Source: Pseudomonadota bacterium (GTDB lineage: Bacteria > UBA10199 > 2-02-FULL-44-16 > JAAZCA01). From it: 63,125 bases of DNA. The translations under genes and the position numbers were made by a program. The stretch spans positions 1 to 63,125 of the forward strand of contig JBDRBN010000026.1 in the NCBI GenBank assembly GCA_043822785.1. Direction: 5' to 3'. Shown piece by piece: positions 1 to 9,176 of this stretch. The notes beneath the pieces were generated by a model. That model saw only the letters and a list, made by a program, of their open reading frames with translations. It was not told the origin of the DNA and searched no databases. The stretch's first letter is position 1. Each line of letters begins with the position of its first letter.

Positions 1-129
1 ATCATGCATCGGGCCTCCTTGCCGTTGAGCCTTGGGCGGTTCACGGTTCGGAGGCTGTTTTTTACTCCCGCAAATGTCAAACCCTGTGAGTCCCCCAGCA
101 GAGCTGGGGGTTTACCTTGAAGCAATTAT

Positions 130-167
130 GGAGATCGCCACGCCTGCTATCGCAGGCTCGCGATGAC
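130..167. repeat. Hairpin repeat unit, type B (GGAGATCGCC...CTCGCGATGAC)
   Basis: ggagatcgccacgcctgctatcgcaggctcgcgatgac. Matches the family seen at 18 other loci. Internal GCCTGC/GCAGGC stem. Confidence 0.8.
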
Positions 168-174
168 ATTACCA

Positions 175-2748
175 CTACTGACCAACATTAAATATCTCCA
201 CACCGCTTGCCTGAGAGCTTGCCAGTAGATAATTTGGGAAAAAGCTGAATACTTTTACATCAAAAAATTTCGTAAGCGAGGTCTCTGCAGCAAGGGAGAT
301 GGAGCTGGCATCCACATTGTATAGCGAAAATGTAGCAGCTGCTCCATAGGGAGAAGCTAGTGCCAAGATGTTTCCGCTCATTCCCAGACGAGCATCGATA
401 AGCCTTGATAGAGTAGATCCTTCTTTTTTCGCAACATCAAAGGACAAACCCGCAGCAGATGGATTAGCCAAATCCTTTATTATGATCTTATCGCCTGAGA
501 CGATCGCAACCTTAGATTTATTCTTTGCATCCACAGTTGCATCCACAAACTTGGGTATCTCAAATATCGATGTGAGCGTGCCTGCAGGCGGGCTGCTCTG
601 ATTGCCCGTAACCTTCCATGAATAAATCTTTTCTGCGTTTGAAAATATGATCTCGTGATCAGAGCCTATTTTTTGAATCCTGAGTATCTTTCCAGCATGC
701 GAAGCAGATGTGCCGGCAGATGTTAATGTATCGGATATGCCTATGAGCGCGGGTGGGTCATAGTTATCGCCTGTCTTGCTCAATGTATAAAGCGCCATCT
801 GGTGATACCACTTGTTGCTGGCATAGCCTGAAAACAGAACAGCGAGCTTTACATCATCTGAAAGCATAAGGGAGCCTATGCCCCGAAGCATGCTAGGGTC
901 TTCTGACTGCTGGCTCACGGCAGGAAAGTTTTTGAACTCGCCCGCACTTCCGCCAGAACGGCTTATCGATACTTCACCGCGCGTGGATGCACTTGAACCG
1001 CTTTGAACTGAAATGCGCCATGGTTGGGACGACTCGGGGTTTGCTGTATTGCCCGTAGAAGACCATGAAAACGCGAGCCTTGTTCCATCGTAAGCTGCGT
1101 GGCTAACAAATGCGCCATCAAACGTAATGTCGATAGGCTTTCGCGTAACCGCGTTTTCCAAATAAAGTTTCCCACCGCGCCCTGATGCCATCTCTATGGC
1201 AGCCACAAGCCCGCTGGTCTCGCCTGCGCCATCGACGCGAATAAAAATAGCGCCCGTATCTATGACCTTGAAGGTCATATTGGCCATGTCCATATACTCA
1301 AGCTCTGATGCTCCAGACCCATCAGGCTGTCTGACAGCAGTAAAGCTGGACACAGCTCCTCCGCCATATGGTGCTATGCGATTGGGAAGACCAGTGGTCA
1401 GACCTACATTTGTGGGATCTGCCACTGCCGTGAAGGTCCACGATTCGCTCTCTGATCCAGAGCGTATCTTGGCGACCATGAAGTTAGGTCCTCTGACAAA
1501 CACCTGATCGCCCAGCACCGCGATGGCATATTGAAATGGAGGCGCGTTCTCATCTGACTTATAGAGGGAGATATGTATGACCTCAAAGTGATCTGCTTTA
1601 GAAAGATCGGTCATGTCACGGTATACAAAAAAGCCTGCCACAAACCTATCGATGCCAGATCCTCCGGTATAATCCGCAAGCTTTCCATCGCGCGCAGCTT
1701 CGCGTAAGCATTCCACAACATCTGATGCGCCAGCGCAGTTTGCTGCTATGAACTCGCCCACCGATGCCTGGGTATAGGCAAGTCCTACCACATAAAAGTT
1801 CGTGCCATCTGAAGCAACATCTGTAGGAATGAAACGATCGTAGCTGTCAAAGCTTCCATTGTTAGCAGCAAATGCCACATCCCTAGCCTTGCCACTGGCA
1901 AGATCTATGGCGGTAACAGTCGAAAGCACTGTATCTTCTGCCATGGCGTTGAATATTGGATCATAGGCTTGATCAAAGGTGGGCGCAGTGGTCATGACCG
2001 AATTTGCTAGCTTCCAGAGCACAAAGGCATTATCGCCTGCAAGCTTTGCCTTTGTTGGCACCATATCTGCGCCAGCTGTTTCAGAATAAACTGGAGAGGA
2101 GATTATGCCAGAGCAATTTTGACCTTCGGTTATTGCCTTTGCAGAGATCTGTTGGAGATATCCGTCTGCTGATGTAAACACGACTCTAGAACCATCATCA
2201 TTTGAAGTTAGCGAAAGCACGCCTGCAGGCACTGATCTCCATGCGCCCTGTTTTGACTTGTCCTCGAGACTTCCGGATGCATCAGAGCCGACAAGGCCTA
2301 CTCCGCGTTCAGTTCCATACACGAGCATCTGCTTTCCATCATATAGGATAGGAGCCAAATCAGTAACCGCGCCTGGCTTTTTGAGAATCACGCTTCCTGC
2401 TTGAACATCTGGAGTTCCGTATCTCACTGATGCACCATTGCCCCAGAATAGAACTTCGTTAGGTTCTTCTCCAGGCAGCGCAATGTTCATAGAGGCAACG
2501 CCGCGAATCTGTCCTCCTATGCTGCCTTCATAAGCCTGTGCCAGAGGATCTGGATTTAACTCATATGAGCTGGGCTTTGCACCTTCGAGTTCTACAGTAT
2601 AAGTATACGCATCGCTTAAGCACAGGCTTCCTGTGCTTCCAGAAAGACCTGCTACGCCAGTAGACTTTCCACCCTTGCAGGCGCCCATAATGAAAACGAG
2701 CGCCACTGCTGCGACGCTCCCAAAAATTCGTACTGTATTCTTATTCAT
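175..2748 (-). CDS. Large secreted lipoprotein, function unknown
   Basis: Long ORF. N-terminus MNKNTVRIFGSVAAVALVFIMGAC is a signal peptide with a lipobox Cys. Start placed at an internal Met (the track starts at 2760). No catalytic motif recognised. Confidence 0.7.
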   Translation of the reverse strand: MNKNTVRIFGSVAAVALVFIMGACKGGKSTGVAGLSGSTGSLCLSDAYTYTVELEGAKPSSYELNPDPLAQAYEGSIGGQIRGVASMNIALPGEEPNEVLFWGNGASVRYGTPDVQAGSVILKKPGAVTDLAPILYDGKQMLVYGTERGVGLVGSDASGSLEDKSKQGAWRSVPAGVLSLTSNDDGSRVVFTSADGYLQQISAKAITEGQNCSGIISSPVYSETAGADMVPTKAKLAGDNAFVLWKLANSVMTTAPTFDQAYDPIFNAMAEDTVLSTVTAIDLASGKARDVAFAANNGSFDSYDRFIPTDVASDGTNFYVVGLAYTQASVGEFIAANCAGASDVVECLREAARDGKLADYTGGSGIDRFVAGFFVYRDMTDLSKADHFEVIHISLYKSDENAPPFQYAIAVLGDQVFVRGPNFMVAKIRSGSESESWTFTAVADPTNVGLTTGLPNRIAPYGGGAVSSFTAVRQPDGSGASELEYMDMANMTFKVIDTGAIFIRVDGAGETSGLVAAIEMASGRGGKLYLENAVTRKPIDITFDGAFVSHAAYDGTRLAFSWSSTGNTANPESSQPWRISVQSGSSASTRGEVSISRSGGSAGEFKNFPAVSQQSEDPSMLRGIGSLMLSDDVKLAVLFSGYASNKWYHQMALYTLSKTGDNYDPPALIGISDTLTSAGTSASHAGKILRIQKIGSDHEIIFSNAEKIYSWKVTGNQSSPPAGTLTSIFEIPKFVDATVDAKNKSKVAIVSGDKIIIKDLANPSAAGLSFDVAKKEGSTLSRLIDARLGMSGNILALASPYGAAATFSLYNVDASSISLAAETSLTKFFDVKVFSFFPNYLLASSQASGVEIFNVGQ

Positions 2749-2774
2749 GACATATCCCATATGTTATTGATTTA

Positions 2775-2802
2775 CTTTTCTCGCTTGTCTCGCCTTTCTC
2801 GC
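2775..2802. repeat. Tandem 9-mer array (TTTCTCGC-type, three units)
   Basis: cttttctcgcttgtctcgcctttctcgc. This is the reverse complement of the GCGAGAnAn arrays at 8750 and 34190. Confidence 0.7.
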
Positions 2803-2807
2803 ATTTT

Positions 2808-3743
2808 TTAAGATACTATACACGTAAGTAAAGGTCCCGTAGCTATCTCTACGCGCGTGGCTGGTTCCTCAGGAAAATCGCCATCAATGGTGTAGGTCAT
2901 AGGTCGCTGAAACTCGAGGACCATATCAGTGCACATCTCGTCAACGTAGTGCTCGGACTTTGACGGCTTTGCCAAAAAAGCTCTGGGGAACGTGTAAAGA
3001 AGCTGCCTGCCTGTGGCTGATATGCCCACGGCCTGAAACTTGCCTGGCTCAGATGTAGATCGATAAAGCGGCCTGAAATTAAAGCCCAATGTGGACATGG
3101 TGCCGGCAAAGACCATCATATAGTTCTTGAATGGCTGTTTTTTTCCGTCGATTGTGATCTCGCAATCAAAGCGTTCAGTAAGCTGCCTGGCAAACCTTCC
3201 GTTTATGGCAGATGAACCCATGGCGCGGCTTAAAAGCCACGCTGCCCTAACTGGTGTTGGTCCATCCTCTACGTTCTGATAGACCTCTATAAATCTGGTT
3301 ATCAGTCCCATGCCAAAGAGAAAACCATACGCGCCATTTACGCGTATCATATTTATCTTTTTTTCCTCGAATGGAATGCTCTCATGATATTTGATGATGA
3401 GGTTTGAAAGGATCTTCTCTGGCGTTCCTTTAATTCCCAGCTGATTGGCAAGATTGTTCATGGTGCCACCGCGCAAAAGCGCTATGCGTGGCAAAGGCAT
3501 GTCGCCATACACTTCGAGGAATGTAGAGAGCGTGCGATGGTTAGTTCCATCCCCGCCCGATATTCCGAGTATGTCTATCTCGCGCTCCTTAAATTCATGA
3601 GCCAGCTCGCGCACTTCATCCAAAGTCTCGGTAGAATGGCACGAGCCTTTATCGCCCACGATAAAACCCAGCTTGCGCATCCTCTCTGGGTTTAGTTTAT
3701 TGGAGCGTGAATATGGATTTAATATGATTCCTATTCCTGGCAT
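2808..3743 (-). CDS. Diacylglycerol/lipid kinase catalytic-domain protein (YegS/BmrU-like)
   Basis: ILGISGGDGT motif typical of the DAGK catalytic domain. The start lies 3 nt after the kamE stop, implying co-transcription. Confidence 0.7.
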   Translation of the reverse strand: MPGIGIILNPYSRSNKLNPERMRKLGFIVGDKGSCHSTETLDEVRELAHEFKEREIDILGISGGDGTNHRTLSTFLEVYGDMPLPRIALLRGGTMNNLANQLGIKGTPEKILSNLIIKYHESIPFEEKKINMIRVNGAYGFLFGMGLITRFIEVYQNVEDGPTPVRAAWLLSRAMGSSAINGRFARQLTERFDCEITIDGKKQPFKNYMMVFAGTMSTLGFNFRPLYRSTSEPGKFQAVGISATGRQLLYTFPRAFLAKPSKSEHYVDEMCTDMVLEFQRPMTYTIDGDFPEEPATRVEIATGPLLTCIVS

Positions 3744-3746
3744 GTC

Positions 3747-4607
3747 TTATTCCTCCACCCGCATCCGCGTCCGCGCCCGACCTCCGCGTCTTCCCCTGCG
3801 CCGCGATTTTTCATATGCCTTCTTTGGGGCAGGAGGTGGGGCCTCCTGGTGCTCTTTAATTCCGCGTCTTCTCATATACTCACGAACGATAAAATTAGCA
3901 ACATGCGAAGGCTTTGTGCCAAGACCAAACCCTGCATCAAATCCTAACTTGAGAGCGTGCGCATGATCAAGCCTTGGGCCTCCTACTATAACGATAACGT
4001 CCTTGGAGAGCCTGCTTTCCTTCTTCCAGAGGTCCTTGAATTCGTTTAAGTTCTTTATGTGAGTATTGCGCTGTGTGACCACCTGAGAAACAAGTATGGC
4101 GTCTGCCTTAAGCTCCACAGCCTTGTCTATGAGCTGTTTGTTAGAAAGCTGACTCCTTAAGTTATATGTCTTAAAAAGCGGATAGCGCTCTAAGCCATAA
4201 TCGTGCGCATAGCCCTTCATGTTCATGATAGCATCTATCCCTACCGTATGTGCATCAGCCCCTGTACATGCACCTATCACAACTATGGGCTCGGTAAGAT
4301 GGCTTGCCATGTGCTCCTTCAGCTCTTCATAGCCTAACGCAGGTATGTCTAGCTTTGGAATCTTTATCTTTGTAAAGTCGATTGTGTGTTTTGCATAGCC
4401 GTATGCCACAAAGTAAGTGAAACCTTCTCCCATGGATTCCATATAGCAGACGCTAACATCTTTTAGGCCGAGCTTTTCTACATAAAGGCGAGCTGCCTCC
4501 TTAGCCTCTAAAGAGGCCCTAAGAGGCAGGGTAAAAGAGAGCTGCATGGCACCATCGTCAAGCCGATCGCCATAGGATTTTATCTTCTTTTCGTCGATCT
4601 TAAGCAT
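3747..4607 (-). CDS. kamE: Lysine 5,6-aminomutase beta subunit (B12-binding)
   Basis: N-terminus MLKIDEKKIKSYGDRLDDGAMQLSFTLPL. B12-binding DxHxxG motif (GADAHTVGIDAI). Adjacent to kamD. Carries an unusual Arg-rich C-terminal extension. Confidence 0.85.
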   Translation of the reverse strand: MLKIDEKKIKSYGDRLDDGAMQLSFTLPLRASLEAKEAARLYVEKLGLKDVSVCYMESMGEGFTYFVAYGYAKHTIDFTKIKIPKLDIPALGYEELKEHMASHLTEPIVVIGACTGADAHTVGIDAIMNMKGYAHDYGLERYPLFKTYNLRSQLSNKQLIDKAVELKADAILVSQVVTQRNTHIKNLNEFKDLWKKESRLSKDVIVIVGGPRLDHAHALKLGFDAGFGLGTKPSHVANFIVREYMRRRGIKEHQEAPPPAPKKAYEKSRRRGRRGGRARTRMRVEE

Positions 4608-4629
4608 TTTTACCCCTGTCCATCATGCA

Positions 4630-4678
4630 CCCGTTACTTTTCTCGCGTTGCTGGCGTTTCTCGCTTTTCGGTAACGGG
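4630..4678. repeat. Intercistronic hairpin (CCCGTTAC/GTAACGGG stem) enclosing TTTCTCGC motifs
   Basis: cccgttac-ttttctcgcgttgctggcgtttctcgcttttcg-gtaacggg, lying between kamD and kamE. Confidence 0.6.
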
Positions 4679-4705
4679 CACGGATGCGGAAATTACATTA
4701 TCGAT

Positions 4706-6250
4706 TCATCCTTTAAGAATATCCAATATCGGATTCATATATCTCGCATCTTTTTGGAAAACCCCTTCCAAACCCTTGCCGCCATTCTCATCTCGCTCTA
4801 CTTCTGCAAACATGCCTTTGCTTATAGCTTTCATAAGGCCTACAGATTCAACCCTGCGCAGATGTTTATATGCATTCTCCAACACGGTGTGTGCACGGCG
4901 CGTGATCTTTCCATTTGGATTAAAACTTATCTCATCACCTATGTGGCGAGCTGAATTGAATATGTAGTTTGCATTCTTGAGTGCCCAGAAACGATCCTGA
5001 ATATGAGGATTGTGAATCGCCTCGGTGGGAATGCCAAGAAGCTGAACAGACTGCTCGGTCATGATGCCGCATATGTTGAACATAGCATCCATGACATTGC
5101 CAAACATTATATCGCCCTTCATGTGCTTGGTAGGCGGCATGAATTTGATGGGTGAACGCGGGAAAATCTCGCGCACCATCTCTGCCTGCGCAAGCTCATG
5201 CAAAAAACCGTCTTCCATATCCGGATCGATCTCAAACGCATGGCCTAAGCCCATGAGCTCATAAGGAAGGCCGGCGCGCAGGGCAAACTGCTCGTTTATG
5301 AACTGGCTTGTGAGTACATGATGTGCGTTTCTGTATGCATCTGTTGTGGTGAGATAGTTGTCCTCACCAGTGTTTATCATGATGCCGGCACGTGCACAAA
5401 TGAGGCGTGAAAAGTACTGATCGATGAACGTCCTCTTCATGTTGATATCGCGAAACAGGATGCCGTACATGGAATCGTTTAGCAAAACATCCAATCGTTC
5501 ATACGCAGCCATCACGGCGATCTCAGACATGCATAGGCCCGAAGAATAATTTGTTAGCTTTACATAGCGCCCAACCCCTTGGGCAGCCTTATCAAGCGCC
5601 TCTCTCATAATACGAAAGTTGGCTTGCGTGGCATAGGTGCCGCCATAACCCTCTGTCGTTATGCCATGCGGCACATAATCAAGAAGCGACTGGGCAGTGG
5701 ACCTTATCACTGCGATGATGTCAGCGCCTTCCTCTACTGCTGAAAAAGCCTGGGCACAGTCATCATATATATTGCCGGTGGCTACGATGAGATATTTGTG
5801 AGGCGTTGGCCCTTCGCCAACCTTGCGCTTAAAATCATCTCGCATTTGCTTGGCTTGGCTTAAGCGCTTAATGCCCTCATCGGCAAGCTGCCTCACTGTT
5901 TGTCTTACTTTATCCTCAGGCACATCAGGTATGTTTTCGAGTTTTATTTCATCCTGCGCGAGTTTTGAAGCAAGGTCCTTGAAGGAAAGTTTTGTGTGAA
6001 CCAAAGCTTTTCCGAACCACCATGCGATGCCACGGCGCAGCCTATCGCGATGAAGGCGATCTACGATTAGGTTTACATGGGGCATTTCATGATGCGCATC
6101 TTCGATGCCGAAGAAACGCAAAACAGAGCGCTCTATGGACGTGGTGGAATGCCTGTCGATATACTTTTGAACAGGCGATACAATACGAGCCGCGATATTT
6201 CGACATTGATCGATCTTGTCTCGGTCTAGATTTAGTTTGCGGTAAGACAT
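4706..6250 (-). CDS. kamD: Lysine 5,6-aminomutase alpha subunit
   Basis: 514-aa ORF whose N-terminus (MSYRKLNLDRDKIDQCRNIAARIV...ERSVLRFFGI) and length fit KamD. Synteny with kamA and kamE. Confidence 0.85.
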   Translation of the reverse strand: MSYRKLNLDRDKIDQCRNIAARIVSPVQKYIDRHSTTSIERSVLRFFGIEDAHHEMPHVNLIVDRLHRDRLRRGIAWWFGKALVHTKLSFKDLASKLAQDEIKLENIPDVPEDKVRQTVRQLADEGIKRLSQAKQMRDDFKRKVGEGPTPHKYLIVATGNIYDDCAQAFSAVEEGADIIAVIRSTAQSLLDYVPHGITTEGYGGTYATQANFRIMREALDKAAQGVGRYVKLTNYSSGLCMSEIAVMAAYERLDVLLNDSMYGILFRDINMKRTFIDQYFSRLICARAGIMINTGEDNYLTTTDAYRNAHHVLTSQFINEQFALRAGLPYELMGLGHAFEIDPDMEDGFLHELAQAEMVREIFPRSPIKFMPPTKHMKGDIMFGNVMDAMFNICGIMTEQSVQLLGIPTEAIHNPHIQDRFWALKNANYIFNSARHIGDEISFNPNGKITRRAHTVLENAYKHLRRVESVGLMKAISKGMFAEVERDENGGKGLEGVFQKDARYMNPILDILKG

Positions 6251-6262
6251 CAGTTCTCCGTT

Positions 6263-6368
6263 GTCATTGCGAACCCTTCGACTCGCGTAGCTCGCTCAGG
6301 GCAAGCTCCGCGAAGCAATCTCCTGAATCACGGGGATCGCCACGCTCATTTCATTCGCTCGCGATGAC
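6263..6368. repeat. Hairpin repeat doublet (long-type unit plus type B unit), intercistronic between kamA and kamD
   Basis: gtcattgcgaacccttcgac...gctccgcgaagcaatctcc, a spacer, then gggatcgccacgc...cgctcgcgatgac. Confidence 0.85.
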
Positions 6369-6374
6369 AAATCC

Positions 6375-7628
6375 CTACACCTCCGGTTTTAACGTAATCC
6401 TCTTTCCGTCTACCAGATCAATATATGCCGTGTTCTTCGGCTTCTCTTGCACAAGCTTCTCTCTTATCGCCTCTGTAGTAGAGCAAGCGCTCTCCCTTTC
6501 TCTTGGATTTGTGTAGCCGCTCATAAGACCCCTGTAGTTTCTAACCACTGCGCGATCGTCTGTGAGCGTGAGCATGTAGTTTGGCATTATAGGAATCTTG
6601 CCGCCGCCGCCTGGAGCATCGATCACAAATGTAGGTAGCGCAAGTCCTGAGGTATGTCCCCTCATGTGTTCTATGATTTCAAAACCCTTTGAAACTGACG
6701 TACGAAAGTGCTCTATGCCCTCTGCCAAATCGCACTGATAAATGTAGTAGGGTAAAACGCGAGTTTTAAGCAGTTCATGAGAGAGCTTTTTCATAATTAC
6801 TGAATGCGAGTTTATCTTTCTTAGAAGAACTGATTGATTGTGAACGGATATGCCTGCATCTGCAATCTTAGTGCATGCTTTTTTTGCATGCTCTGTAACC
6901 TCGTAAGGATGATTGAAGTGGGTCATGAAATAGATGGGTTGATATTTTTTAAGCATATCCACCAGCTCGTCCGTTATGCCCATGGGCAAAACGCACGGAA
7001 AACGGCTGGCTACTCTTATGATCTCAATATGTTTTATATCGCGCAGCTTTTTGATGATGCGCTCGAGCATATCTACCGGCAACATGAGGGCATCCCCGCC
7101 AGAGAGGATCACGTCTCTTACCTGCGGAGTTTTGGCAATGTAGTCCATGGCAATATCGTGCTCTGTCTTAAGCTCCGTAACGGTGCGGTCCAGTATAAGC
7201 CGGCGCCTGGTGCAAAAACGACAGTACATGGAGCACACCTCCGACACCAAAAAGAGCACACGGTCCGGATAGCGATGGACAAGCCTTGGAACAGGCGAAT
7301 CTTGATTCTCAGCTAAAGGATCGAACATATCGCCAAGGCCTGGCTCAAGTTCACGTGCTGTGGGAATTGTTTGCATCTTAATGGGGCATTCTGGATTAGC
7401 CTCGTCGATAAGAGAAAGATAATAGGGCGTGGCCTGAAACTTGGAATGCGCGCATGCTATCTCTACCTCTTCCATTTCATCATCAGTAAGCTCAACTACT
7501 TTGGCAAGGCTCTTTGCATCTGTGACGGCATTGGCCAGTTGCCATTTGGGATCATTCCACTCTTTAGGCGAAACATCCTTCCATATCTTGATGCGCTGAA
7601 AATATTTTGGATCACTCGTATCGATCAT
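6375..7628 (-). CDS. kamA: Lysine 2,3-aminomutase (radical SAM)
   Basis: CSMYCRFCTRRR CxxxCxxC motif in the KamA context. 417 aa. Overlaps the kdd stop by 4 nt. Confidence 0.9.
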   Translation of the reverse strand: MIDTSDPKYFQRIKIWKDVSPKEWNDPKWQLANAVTDAKSLAKVVELTDDEMEEVEIACAHSKFQATPYYLSLIDEANPECPIKMQTIPTARELEPGLGDMFDPLAENQDSPVPRLVHRYPDRVLFLVSEVCSMYCRFCTRRRLILDRTVTELKTEHDIAMDYIAKTPQVRDVILSGGDALMLPVDMLERIIKKLRDIKHIEIIRVASRFPCVLPMGITDELVDMLKKYQPIYFMTHFNHPYEVTEHAKKACTKIADAGISVHNQSVLLRKINSHSVIMKKLSHELLKTRVLPYYIYQCDLAEGIEHFRTSVSKGFEIIEHMRGHTSGLALPTFVIDAPGGGGKIPIMPNYMLTLTDDRAVVRNYRGLMSGYTNPRERESACSTTEAIREKLVQEKPKNTAYIDLVDGKRITLKPEV

Positions 7629-8668
7629 GTAAACCTCTCATCAAACCACCTCTTCACTGCTGCATTTTTTCTATATAGATCCATCGTAAAGTTCGCATGA
7701 TTCGGCGCATAGCCGTTGCCGATTATCATCTCCACATCCATGCCCACCCCTTCTGCTCCCAAAGCCGCCTTTTGAAAATTCGTGGCCATGTTAAAGAAAT
7801 AGACCTTGCCTCCTTGGCGGCACGAAAGCACTGACGCAAGCTCAGTGCCTTCAACGTTGGCCGCGTTGATCACTAGATCGCACATCTTGCCCTTCGTTGT
7901 CTTCGCCACTTTATCCATGACCTCAGAAGGATGAAGAGCATTGGCGACAAAGCATTTGTCGGCAAGCCCCAGCTCCTTAAAACTCTCTACGCTCGACTCG
8001 CGCGTTGCAGAGGCGAGTATAGTGCAATCCTTACCCAGCTTCTCTCGTATGCTGGCAGCACAGAGCACACCTGATTTTCCCGTGCCTATGATATAAATGG
8101 TATCGCCCTTGTGTGCGAGTCGAAAGGCCTGGGGCGAGGCACCAGCCACATCCAAAAGCGCAAGGCATACGCCCAGCTCAATATCATCTGGAATCTTTGC
8201 CAAAACGCCTGAATCAAAAAGAATTGCCTTGCCCTGGATATCGATCTGCTCTGATTCGCGCACTGTTTTTATTTTCTCGACGATGAGCGGGGTGAGGGTA
8301 AGCGACACCAGCGTGCAGATTTTATCGCCCTTCTTTACATTTGCAGGGTTAGAATATTTTAGGCCCATATCTTCTACGGCGCCCAGAAGCATGCCGCCGG
8401 AGCCGGTCACGGGATTTTGCTGCTTGCCCATATGCTTAACATTATCCAGCACCTGTTTGGCAATGCCCTGCAGATCGTCGCCTGCTACGCCTTTCATCTG
8501 CCTAAAGGAGGCTGAGTCGATATTTAACGTGCTGACATCTATTAAGATTTCATTGTCGTAGATGGGCAGCGTATTATCCAGCTTGGTAGCTGCTTGGGGC
8601 AGGGCACCCTCAGGGTAGATTACCCTGTGACGGCCAAGCCTATCGCCACCCGCGCGACACTCAGACAC
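7625..8668 (-). CDS. kdd: L-erythro-3,5-diaminohexanoate dehydrogenase
   Basis: YDNEILIDVSTLNIDSASF and NPVTGSGGML blocks match what I recall of Kdd. Rossmann motif GTGKSG. Synteny with the kam genes. Confidence 0.75.
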   Translation of the reverse strand: MSECRAGGDRLGRHRVIYPEGALPQAATKLDNTLPIYDNEILIDVSTLNIDSASFRQMKGVAGDDLQGIAKQVLDNVKHMGKQQNPVTGSGGMLLGAVEDMGLKYSNPANVKKGDKICTLVSLTLTPLIVEKIKTVRESEQIDIQGKAILFDSGVLAKIPDDIELGVCLALLDVAGASPQAFRLAHKGDTIYIIGTGKSGVLCAASIREKLGKDCTILASATRESSVESFKELGLADKCFVANALHPSEVMDKVAKTTKGKMCDLVINAANVEGTELASVLSCRQGGKVYFFNMATNFQKAALGAEGVGMDVEMIIGNGYAPNHANFTMDLYRKNAAVKRWFDERFT

Positions 8669-8749
8669 TCAATACCTCCTTATTTTCAATAATGTAGCGG
8701 ATCTTTAAATCATAAAGGACGGAGGTATGGCAAGGGGAATCTAGATAGG

Positions 8750-8785
8750 GCGAGAAAGGCGAGACACGCGAGAAAAGCGAGACAC
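8750..8785. repeat. Tandem 9-mer array GCGAGAnAn, four units
   Basis: gcgagaaag gcgagacac gcgagaaaa gcgagacac, upstream of kdd. Confidence 0.75.
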
Positions 8786-8800
8786 GTTGCTAGCTGCTTT

Positions 8801-8998
8801 TTATAATAAATTCATCTGCGCTTTTTGCTCAGCCTCATCTCCCCTGCGATCCGCCGAGGGTATAAGACGACCATCTATTGCCACACGCTGGCCGCAGCGC
8901 TCACAAAATTTCGATCCGTCCAAACGCTTTTGCATGCGCGTGGACTTGCACCTCACACAGCGGGGTTTGGGTTTTTTTGATTTAAGCTCGTGATCCAT
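8801..8998 (-). CDS. Small zinc-ribbon protein
   Basis: CVRC...CERC, two CxxC pairs. Weak SD, so coding status is uncertain. Confidence 0.4.
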   Translation of the reverse strand: MDHELKSKKPKPRCVRCKSTRMQKRLDGSKFCERCGQRVAIDGRLIPSADRRGDEAEQKAQMNLL

Positions 8999-9030
8999 GC
9001 GGAGGCTTCATCTGCCTTAAAATCGAATAG

Positions 9031-9049
9031 CTCGCAAGATGATTTTGTA
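9031..9049 (+). repeat. Left copy of a 19-bp perfect direct repeat flanking ATPase cassette 1
   Basis: ctcgcaagatgattttgta, identical to 10391-10409. Confidence 0.9.
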
Positions 9050-9053
9050 TCGA

Positions 9054-9097
9054 GTTATACGTTGAAATGTGGGATATTGCGTAAATCAACGTATAAC
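9054..9097. promoter_or_regulatory. 13-bp perfect inverted repeat (operator-like or hairpin) upstream of ATPase 1
   Basis: agttatacgttga, 18-nt spacer, tcaacgtataact. Confidence 0.5.
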
Positions 9098-9176
9098 TTA
9101 ACATATCTTACTTCTTGATTATTGGTGTGTTTTAAGTATAATTAAAATATAGCTAAATGTTTACTGAATTTTAATT

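Noticed and set aside
5992-6516. 174-aa plus-strand ORF spanning the kamD start, the repeat doublet and the kamA end
   Set aside because: It is antisense to two well-supported genes and reads through a repeat doublet, so it is an artefact of a long open shadow frame.
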